Shown in pieces: positions 57,555 through 64,000 of a stretch of 64,000 nucleotides of DNA (within the stretch, counting starts at the first letter, position 1; each line of letters starts with the position of its first letter). The notes beneath the pieces were generated by a model. The model searched no databases. It was not told the DNA's origin and saw nothing but the letters and a program-made list of their open reading frames with translations. The stretch lies in assembly GCA_005882775.1 (NCBI GenBank), contig VBDY01000121.1:2440-66439 (forward strand), read 5' to 3'. The position numbers and the translations under genes are program-made. The stretch comes from Chloroflexota bacterium. GTDB lineage: Bacteria > Chloroflexota > Dormibacteria > CF-121.

Positions 57555-58145
57555 TCAGCTGACGTAGCGTTGATAGATCTCTGCAACCTGGCGCCTGGTC
57601 TCGGCCAGGGATCCATTGTTATCGACCACCAGGTCGGCCAGGGCACGTTTTTCGTCGAGCGGCCTTTGCACCGCGATCCGCCGCCGAGCATCCTCCTCTG
57701 ACAGTCCGTTGCGCTCGACCAGCCGGGTGAGCTGGGTCTTCGGATCGACCCAGACCACCACCACCGCCTCGGCCAAGTTGGCCAGCCCGTTTTCGTAGAG
57801 CAGCGGAATATCGAGCACGAGGACGCCACCGCGGGGGCGGCGAGCCTCGATCTCCTCCATGATCCGGCGGCGGATGCGGGGATGCGTGATGGCGTTCAGG
57901 CGGAGCCGGGCGGTCGTGTCGCCGAAGATCAGCGAGCCGAGCCGGCCGCGGTCGAGGCTCCCATCGGGCAGGAGCATCGACGGACCGAATGCCTGGGCGA
58001 TTTCCGCCAGCGCCGGCTGCCCCGGTTGCACTAACTCCCGAGCCAGCTGATCGGCATCCACGACCTCGGCGCCCAGCGCGGCGAACATCTCCAGCACCGT
58101 CGACTTTCCTGAGCCGATACCGCCGGTCAGGGCGAGGACTCGCAC
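57555..58145 (-). CDS. coaE: dephospho-CoA kinase
   Basis: GTG 58145 gives VRVLALTGGIGSGKST (P-loop at the N-terminus, as in CoaE). 197 aa. Confidence 0.85.
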   Translation of the reverse strand: MRVLALTGGIGSGKSTVLEMFAALGAEVVDADQLARELVQPGQPALAEIAQAFGPSMLLPDGSLDRGRLGSLIFGDTTARLRLNAITHPRIRRRIMEEIEARRPRGGVLVLDIPLLYENGLANLAEAVVVVWVDPKTQLTRLVERNGLSEEDARRRIAVQRPLDEKRALADLVVDNNGSLAETRRQVAEIYQRYVS

Positions 58146-58168
58146 GACCTCAGAGTACGATTGGCGCA

Positions 58169-60172
58169 ATGCCGTTCGTAAAATCGGTGGCGGTCCTCTT
58201 TCTGCTGGCAGCCGCAACTCTCTACTTCATCGACCGGGCGCGGCAGCTGTATGGCATCCTGCGGCTGGGGCCGAATGAAAACCGCCTGGACCACATCCCG
58301 CAGAGGGTCCAGGGCGTCATCGAATATGTCGGCGCCCACACCCGAATGTTCCGCAACCGCTATTCGGGGATCCTGCACTTCTTCATTTTTTACGGCTTCG
58401 TCGTCCTGTTGACCGCCATCATCCAGGCCTTCGGCGAGGGCCTCAGTCCCGGCTTCAGCCTGGGTTGGATAGGAGGCAACACCTGGCTGGCGCTCACCCA
58501 GGACATCTTCGGCGTGCTGGTCTTGATCGGGGTGGCCATGGCGGCCATCAACCGGGCCCTGATCCGTCCCCGCCAGTTTCAGGAAAGCAACGAGCTGGAT
58601 GCCGCCATCGTCCTCTCGCTGATCGCCACCATCATGGTCGGCATGCTCGGCCAGAACGCCGGGCGGATAGCCGTCGGTGGCGACCCGTCGGCTGCCTGGC
58701 GGCCGGTCTCCTCGGCGATTGCCCGGGTCTTCATGAGCCTCGGTTGGCAGGATGGCGCCGCCATCCCGGTGCACGAGGGCTTCTACTGGCTCCATATCCT
58801 GGGGGTGCTCGCTTTCCTGGTCTACATCCCCAGCTCGAAACACCTCCACATCATCGTCGCCATACCCAACATCTTTTTCCGTAAGCTCGGGCCCAGGGCG
58901 GGAGCTGCGCTGGCCCCAATCGACCTGGAGCACGCGGATCACTACGGGATGTCGAAGGTAACCCAGCAATCGTGGAAGAACCTGCTGGATCTCTACGCCT
59001 GTACCGAGTGCGGCCGCTGCCAGGAGCAGTGCCCGGCCTTCCTCACCGGGAAGCCGCTCAACCCGAAGATGATCATCGTCGACAGCCGCGAAAACCTATA
59101 CCGCACAGTACGCGATGCCCCTTCGGAGCAACGGCGGGCGCCCGAGGCGGCGCAGAAGCTGATCGGCGAGGCCATCAAAGAGGACGAGATCTGGTCCTGC
59201 GTGGCGTGCGGGGCCTGCCAGGAAGAGTGCCCGGTCCTGATCGAGCACGTACCCAAGATCATCGATATGCGGCGCAGCCTGGTTCTGGAGGAAGGCCGCT
59301 TTCCAAAGGAGGCACAGGCCGCACTGCGCAGCATCGAGACTCAGGGCAACCCTTACGGGCTGCCTCGGGCGCAACGTGCCGACTGGGCCCAGGGGCTTGG
59401 AGTCAAGACCCTCGCGGAGAAACCAGACGCCGAGTATCTCTATTTCGTGGGGTGCGCGGCCTCCTACGACGACGCGAATCGGGCGGTGGCCCGGGCCTTT
59501 ACCGGACTGCTCCAGACCGCCGGAGTTGACTTTGCCATCCTCGGATCTGCGGAGACCTGCAACGGCGACCCCGCCCGCCGGATTGGCAATGAGTACCTAT
59601 ACCAGCAGCAGGCGCAGCAGAACATCGAGGCGATGAACGAACGAAAAGTGCGCAAGGTGATCGCGACCTGTCCGCATTGTTTCAACACCATCAAGAATGA
59701 GTTCCCCCAGTTCGGCGGCGCCTACGAGGTGGTCCACCACACTCAGCTGCTTGCGGAGCTGGTGGCGCAGGGCCGACTCAAACCCACCCGTCCGGTGGCG
59801 GGTAAGTTCACCTACCACGACTCGTGCTACCTGGGCCGCTGGAACGACATCTACGATGCTCCACGTGCGGTGGTGGAGTCGATTCCCGGCGCCGAGCTGG
59901 TAGAGATCGAGCGGCACCACAAGCGTGGCTTCTGCTGCGGCGCCGGCGGGGGCCGGATGTGGATGGAGGAGAAGATCGGGAAGCGGATCAACCATGCACG
60001 CGTCGAGCAGACCCTGCGGACCCAGGCGCCCCGGGTAGCAACCGCCTGCCCGTTCTGCCTGACCATGTTCCGCGACGGGATCGCGGCCAAGAGCGCCGGG
60101 GACCAGCTCCAGGTCCAGGACCTGGCACAGTTCCTGGCCGAGAGTGTCGATGGCACTGCATCTACGAGCTGA
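58169..60172 (+). CDS. membrane-bound HdrD/GlpC-like iron-sulfur oxidoreductase (N-terminal NarI/DsrM-like 5-TM domain + 2x[4Fe-4S] + two CCG domains)
   Basis: ATG 58169. TM domain with conserved His residues (HFFIFYG, KHLHII). CTECGRCQEQCP and CVACGACQEECP ferredoxin motifs. C-terminal CCG motifs (FVGCAASYD.., CCGAGGG). Confidence 0.85.
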   Translation: MPFVKSVAVLFLLAAATLYFIDRARQLYGILRLGPNENRLDHIPQRVQGVIEYVGAHTRMFRNRYSGILHFFIFYGFVVLLTAIIQAFGEGLSPGFSLGWIGGNTWLALTQDIFGVLVLIGVAMAAINRALIRPRQFQESNELDAAIVLSLIATIMVGMLGQNAGRIAVGGDPSAAWRPVSSAIARVFMSLGWQDGAAIPVHEGFYWLHILGVLAFLVYIPSSKHLHIIVAIPNIFFRKLGPRAGAALAPIDLEHADHYGMSKVTQQSWKNLLDLYACTECGRCQEQCPAFLTGKPLNPKMIIVDSRENLYRTVRDAPSEQRRAPEAAQKLIGEAIKEDEIWSCVACGACQEECPVLIEHVPKIIDMRRSLVLEEGRFPKEAQAALRSIETQGNPYGLPRAQRADWAQGLGVKTLAEKPDAEYLYFVGCAASYDDANRAVARAFTGLLQTAGVDFAILGSAETCNGDPARRIGNEYLYQQQAQQNIEAMNERKVRKVIATCPHCFNTIKNEFPQFGGAYEVVHHTQLLAELVAQGRLKPTRPVAGKFTYHDSCYLGRWNDIYDAPRAVVESIPGAELVEIERHHKRGFCCGAGGGRMWMEEKIGKRINHARVEQTLRTQAPRVATACPFCLTMFRDGIAAKSAGDQLQVQDLAQFLAESVDGTASTS

Positions 60173-60185
60173 ACCAGGCGCCGGC

Positions 60186-60214
60186 TTGACGTGACCTGCG
60201 CAAGAGCGTAGGCT
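60186..60214 (+). promoter_or_regulatory. candidate promoter TTGACG-17-TAGGCT
   Basis: TTGACG 60186-60191, exact 17-nt spacer, TAGGCT 60209-60214. An ATG follows 9 nt later. Confidence 0.45.
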
Positions 60215-60223
60215 ACCCTGGCT

Positions 60224-60295
60224 ATGAAGCGGTTGCTCGCTGCGCAAGCTCCAACCTTCAGGGGCGGAGCCTGTCATCCCGGGGCCGCACATTGA
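60224..60295 (+). CDS. candidate leaderless 23-codon leader peptide MKRLLAAQAPTFRGGACHPGAAH
   Basis: ATG 9 nt after the -10 box with no SD. Its last codons (60282-60290) can pair with the 5' arm of the downstream terminator. Confidence 0.35.
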   Translation: MKRLLAAQAPTFRGGACHPGAAH

Positions 60296-60332
60296 TTTCC
60301 GAGTAGCCTAAGACCCGTCGCGAAATCTCAGA

Positions 60333-60361
60333 CCGTGTGGCCCAGGGGCCCACGGTTTTTT
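60333..60361 (+). terminator. rho-independent terminator / attenuator hairpin with U6 tract
   Basis: CCGTG-t-GGCC cagg GGCC-CACGG followed by TTTTTT (60356-60361). It lies 35 nt upstream of the ABC ATPase ATG. Confidence 0.65.
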
Positions 60362-60395
60362 GTTGCCTTGCGAATCGGCAAAGGAGTCAGAGACG

Positions 60396-61241
60396 ATGCT
60401 AGTCAGGGCGGTCGACCAGGTGAATAAGGCTGCGGTGGAGATGTGCGGCATCACCAAGCGCTTCCAGGTGTCGGGTCGCGGCTTGCGGCGTCGCCCGCCG
60501 GTTGAGAAGCTGGCCCTCGACCATGTCTCCTTGGAGGTTGCCACCGGTGAGATCACGGGTGTGCTGGGCGCCAACGGCAGCGGGAAATCGACCCTGATCC
60601 GAGTCCTGGCGACGTTGCTCACCCCGGATGAGGGGAAGGCCAGCGTCTTTGGCTACGACGTGGTGCGGCAGGCGGCCGCCGTTCGCCGGCACATCAACCG
60701 GGTGTCCGTTGAGGCAGCCTTTTTCAAGGAGATGAGTCCCTGGGAAAATATCCTCTACGCGGCTCGGCTCTACGGCAGCGGTGGCGCCGGCACCCGGACC
60801 CGGGTGGAGGCGGTCCTTGACCGGCTCGAGCTGCCCCGGGAGACCCTGGACCGGCCCATGAAGCAGCTTTCCCGTGGCCAGCAACAGAAGGTCGCCATCG
60901 CCCGGAGCTTTCTGACCTCGCCCTCGCTGCTTCTGATGGACGAGCCGACGACGGGGCTCGACCCTCGCTCCCGGCGCGAGGTGCAGGACCTGGTCAACGT
61001 CGTCCGCGCCGAGCGGGCGGCCACCGTCCTGCTCAGCACCCACGACCTGGCGGAGGCGGAGGCACTCTGCGATCGGGTGGTGATCCTGGACGAGGGCCGG
61101 GTACTCGCCGAAGGAACCCCGCAGGACCTCTGCCGTGAGTACGCAACCGACGGTCAGCCGGCCACCCTGGAGGACGTCTTTCTGCGGGTGTCGGGCAAGC
61201 GTCTCGAGGAGGATGTCGAGGAAGAGGAGGCCGGCTCATGA
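60396..61241 (+). CDS. ABC transporter ATP-binding protein (ABC-2/DrrA-like exporter subunit)
   Basis: ATG 60396 preceded by AAGGAG. Walker A GANGSGKST, signature LSRGQQQKVAIARSF, Walker B LLLMDEPTTGLD. Confidence 0.9.
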   Translation: MLVRAVDQVNKAAVEMCGITKRFQVSGRGLRRRPPVEKLALDHVSLEVATGEITGVLGANGSGKSTLIRVLATLLTPDEGKASVFGYDVVRQAAAVRRHINRVSVEAAFFKEMSPWENILYAARLYGSGGAGTRTRVEAVLDRLELPRETLDRPMKQLSRGQQQKVAIARSFLTSPSLLLMDEPTTGLDPRSRREVQDLVNVVRAERAATVLLSTHDLAEAEALCDRVVILDEGRVLAEGTPQDLCREYATDGQPATLEDVFLRVSGKRLEEDVEEEEAGS

Positions 61242-62074
61242 TCGCGAACTCATTCCGCTGGGAAGCCAACGCTTTCATCGGGTTTGTCGAACGGCAGCGC
61301 AACCTTTACCGCAGGTACTGGGCGTGGGAGGCGGTCTGGCTGCTCTACAGCCTGGTCACCGTGCTCAGCATCGGCTACCTCGCGTCCGGTCTCTCCACCC
61401 TTGGTCTGGAACCGTCCGGGGTCAGCCTGCGCGATGCCCAGCTGTTCTTGCTGATCGGGGCTCTGCTGTGGACCTACCTGTCGATGGTTTTCTTCGAGAT
61501 TGCTTTCGCGGTCACCTGGGAACGGTGGGAAGGCACCATCGAGTACACGTTCATGGCGCCGGTTCGGCGGATCACGCACCTGCTCGGCATCTGCGCCTTT
61601 TCCCTCGCGTACGGGATCGCCCGGGCGGCTATGATCGGCCTGGTCGTAGTCCCCCTGTTCAAGCTTGACCTATCCCACGCGAACTGGCTGTCTGCCCTGC
61701 TGATCTTTGCGGCGGCCACTCTCCCCCTGCTGGGCCTGGGCATCTTCACGGCCATCCTGCCGCTGCTCTCCCCAGAGAAGGGCGAGCAGATGGCCTTTGC
61801 AGTGCAGGGCATCCTGCTTCTGCTGTCGGGCGTTTACTACCCGATCACAGTCCTGCCCTTGCCGCTCCACCTGGCCGGCCTGCTATCGCCGCTCACCTAT
61901 ACGCTGTCCGCGGTTCGCGATGCCCTGCTGCACGGCGCATCGCCGAGCAACGTGCTTCCGAGCGCAGCCATCCTGCTCGCCATGGGCCTGGTTCTGGTGC
62001 CGGCGTCGGTATGGTGCTTCAACCGAGCCGAGGCCCGGGCGAAGCGCCTCGGCCTCCTCAAGCGCAGCGGTTGA
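61238..62074 (+). CDS. ABC-2 type transporter permease
   Basis: ATGA overlap with the ATPase. 278 aa with 6 TM segments, typical ABC-2 membrane-subunit layout. Confidence 0.8.
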   Translation: MIANSFRWEANAFIGFVERQRNLYRRYWAWEAVWLLYSLVTVLSIGYLASGLSTLGLEPSGVSLRDAQLFLLIGALLWTYLSMVFFEIAFAVTWERWEGTIEYTFMAPVRRITHLLGICAFSLAYGIARAAMIGLVVVPLFKLDLSHANWLSALLIFAAATLPLLGLGIFTAILPLLSPEKGEQMAFAVQGILLLLSGVYYPITVLPLPLHLAGLLSPLTYTLSAVRDALLHGASPSNVLPSAAILLAMGLVLVPASVWCFNRAEARAKRLGLLKRSG

Positions 62075-62097
62075 GGGGGCGTCCCTACAATCAACCC

Positions 62098-62514
62098 ATG
62101 TTGAGCCGGATCGACCACGTCGGGATCGCCGTGCGTGATCTCGAGCGGGCGATCGAAATCTACGAAACCCGCCTCGGCCTGAAGGTCAGCGGCAGGGAGC
62201 GGCTCGAGAGCGACGGCATCGAAGTCGCCATCGTGCCCATCGGTGACAGCCGGATCGAGCTGCTGGCTCCGACCCGGTCCGACTCCAAGGTATCGAAGTT
62301 CCTCAGCGAGCGGGGTGAGGCGGTCCATCACGTTGCCTATGCCACCGATGATGTCTCCCTGGTTCTGCAGCGGGCCGGCGAGGCGGGAGCTCAGCTCCTC
62401 GACGAGACCCCCCGCCCGGGCGCGCACGGCACCCGGATCGCATTCATCCACCCCAAGAGCGCCTGCGGGGTCCTGACCGAGTTCGTGCAGACCGATGGCA
62501 TCACCGGCGCCTGA
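62098..62514 (+). CDS. mce: methylmalonyl-CoA epimerase (VOC/glyoxalase fold)
   Basis: [23 protein letters not shown]..., HHVAY, and a C-terminal GVLTEF block. 138 aa, directly upstream of the mutase. Confidence 0.85.
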   Translation: MLSRIDHVGIAVRDLERAIEIYETRLGLKVSGRERLESDGIEVAIVPIGDSRIELLAPTRSDSKVSKFLSERGEAVHHVAYATDDVSLVLQRAGEAGAQLLDETPRPGAHGTRIAFIHPKSACGVLTEFVQTDGITGA

Positions 62515-64000
62515 GCGCCCGGTCCGCAGGCCCAGAGTCCCTCAGACCGACAGCGGGCTTCCGCTGAAGCCGGTCTACCGGTCCGGCGATGCCGGGCCGG
62601 AGGCGCCCCCACCCGGTGACTACCCTTTCACCCGGGGCATCTATCCAGAGGGCTATCGCACCAGGCTGTGGACCATCCGCCAGTACGCCGGTTACGGCAC
62701 CGCTGCCGAGACCAACCGGCGGTTCCGCTACCTCCTCGAGCAGGGTCAGACCGGGCTGTCAGTTGCTTTCGACCTGCCCACCCAGATCGGCCACGATGCC
62801 GACGCCCCGATGGCCCGGGGCGAGGTGGGCAAGGTCGGCGTCTCGATCTCGTCCCTGCGCGACATGGAGATCCTGTTCGACGGGATTCCCCTGGACAGGG
62901 TCAGCACCTCGATGACCATCAACGCACCGGCCGCCTTGCTGTTGCTGCTCTACGAGCTGGTTGCGGAACAGCAGGGGGTGCCGTCCAGCAAGCTCAGCGG
63001 TACTGTCCAGAACGACATCCTCAAGGAGTACGCGGCTCGAGGTACCTATATCTTTCCGCCGCGCCCTTCGATGCGGCTGACCACCGATGTGTTCGCCTAC
63101 TGTGCCCGTCGGATCCCCAACTGGAACACCATCTCGATATCCGGGTACCACCTGCGAGAGGCTGGCAGTACCGCAGTCCAGGAGGTGGGATTCACCATGG
63201 CCCACGCGGTCGCCTACGTCGATGCCGCTCAGCGAGCCGGACTCCATGTGAAAGACTTTGCCCCACGGCTGTCGTTCTTTTTTGCCGTCTTCAGCGACTT
63301 CTTTGAGGAGGTGGCCAAGTTCCGGGCTGCCCGCAGGCTGTGGGCATCGCTGATGAAGGATCGGTATGGTGCCGCGGACCCGCGGGCCCAGGCGCTTCGG
63401 TTTCACACCCAGACGGGTGGCAGCACGCTTACCGCGCAGCAGCCGCGCAACAACATAATCCGGGTCGCCCTTCAGTCCATGAGTGCCGTCCTCGGCGGCA
63501 CCCAGAGCCTGCATGCCTGTTCGTACGACGAGGCCCTTGGCCTGCCGTCCGAGGAAGCCGCAACCCTCTCGGTCAGGACCCAGCAGGTGATTGCGCACGA
63601 GACCAACGTGCCCAACGTCGCGGACCCGCTGGGGGGAAGCTACCTGGTCGAGGCCCTGACCGACCAGGTCGAATCCGGTGCCCGGCATCTGATGGGAGAG
63701 GTCGAGGCACAGGGCGGGGCGGTGGCGGCCATTGAGTCGGGATTCACCCAGGCCGCCATCCAGGAGAGCGCCTACCGGCAGCAGCAGGCCGTCGAAGACG
63801 GCCAGCGGATCGTGGTCGGGGTGAACCGCTTTGCCGGCGACGGGGATTCGGCCCAGGTGGTCAAAGTCAGCCCGCACCACGAGCGGGAGCAGGTGGAGGC
63901 GCTGAAAGCGCTTCGCGCCAGGCGCGACCGCGACCGGGTCCAACAGACGCTATCCGCAGTCCGGGACGCCGCCCAGGAAAGCGAAAACCTGCTGCCCCCG
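62495..64000 (+). CDS. methylmalonyl-CoA mutase, catalytic (large/N-terminal) chain, 3'-truncated by the window edge
   Basis: My translation of this frame: ..[80 protein letters not shown]... It is absent from the ORF track because no stop is reached. ATG 62495 overlaps the mce end by 20 nt. Confidence 0.9.
   Translation, partial: MASPAPERPVRRPRVPQTDSGLPLKPVYRSGDAGPEAPPPGDYPFTRGIYPEGYRTRLWTIRQYAGYGTAAETNRRFRYLLEQGQTGLSVAFDLPTQIGHDADAPMARGEVGKVGVSISSLRDMEILFDGIPLDRVSTSMTINAPAALLLLLYELVAEQQGVPSSKLSGTVQNDILKEYAARGTYIFPPRPSMRLTTDVFAYCARRIPNWNTISISGYHLREAGSTAVQEVGFTMAHAVAYVDAAQRAGLHVKDFAPRLSFFFAVFSDFFEEVAKFRAARRLWASLMKDRYGAADPRAQALRFHTQTGGSTLTAQQPRNNIIRVALQSMSAVLGGTQSLHACSYDEALGLPSEEAATLSVRTQQVIAHETNVPNVADPLGGSYLVEALTDQVESGARHLMGEVEAQGGAVAAIESGFTQAAIQESAYRQQQAVEDGQRIVVGVNRFAGDGDSAQVVKVSPHHEREQVEALKALRARRDRDRVQQTLSAVRDAAQESENLLPP

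Overview
This is a GC-rich, very densely coding chromosomal segment with about 65 protein genes on both strands. Many genes are joined by ATGA/GTGA/TTGA stop-start overlaps. The gene content (F420-type PPOX proteins, an MMPL transporter, DinB, an ECF sigma factor, and TANNNT-type -10 boxes sitting right at start codons) suggests a high-GC Terrabacteria lineage, Actinomycetota- or Chloroflexota-like. I cannot resolve the lineage further from sequence alone.

The content is mostly core and catabolic metabolism:
- DEAD-box helicase, transketolase, dodecin and a rhomboid protease.
- A complete amino-acid ABC importer, two orphan substrate-binding proteins (one sugar-type, one amino-acid-type), and an MMPL exporter paired with a beta-helix membrane protein.
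- A histidine-utilisation locus (hutH, hutU, hutI) that ends in separate formimidoyltransferase and cyclodeaminase genes. It is interrupted by adk, a phosphoribosyltransferase and a CHAP hydrolase.
- Class II (B12) ribonucleotide reductase, Tdh-Kbl, an ECF sigma/anti-sigma pair, GalU and PolX.
- A large LacI-headed divergent catabolic cluster. One arm carries a 3-hydroxyacid-DH-like gene, an M24 hydrolase, TPP E1 alpha/beta, an aldehyde DH and a convergent CoA-transferase. The other arm carries LivKHMGF, a flavoprotein and an alpha/beta hydrolase.
- CoaE, a membrane HdrD-like Fe-S oxidoreductase, an ABC-2 exporter, and methylmalonyl-CoA epimerase plus mutase. The mutase runs off the 3' edge.

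I found no rRNA, tRNA, CRISPR array, transposase, integrase or phage gene, and nothing that looks like a recognisable defence or mobile system.

The most noteworthy items:
1. The LacI-controlled catabolic supercluster, whose substrate is unclear, with overlapping divergent promoters and one shared operator-like palindrome.
2. A promoter, leaderless 23-codon ORF, and terminator/antiterminator arrangement upstream of the ABC-2 exporter.
3. A 21-codon polylysine micro-ORF with a perfect 10-nt Shine-Dalgarno, at the end of a 437-nt non-coding gap.
4. A rhomboid gene, and possibly an ABC permease, whose conserved N-termini precede any ATG/GTG/TTG, which implies CTG initiation.

All functional calls rest on motifs I recognise in the supplied translations. 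No database search was run.
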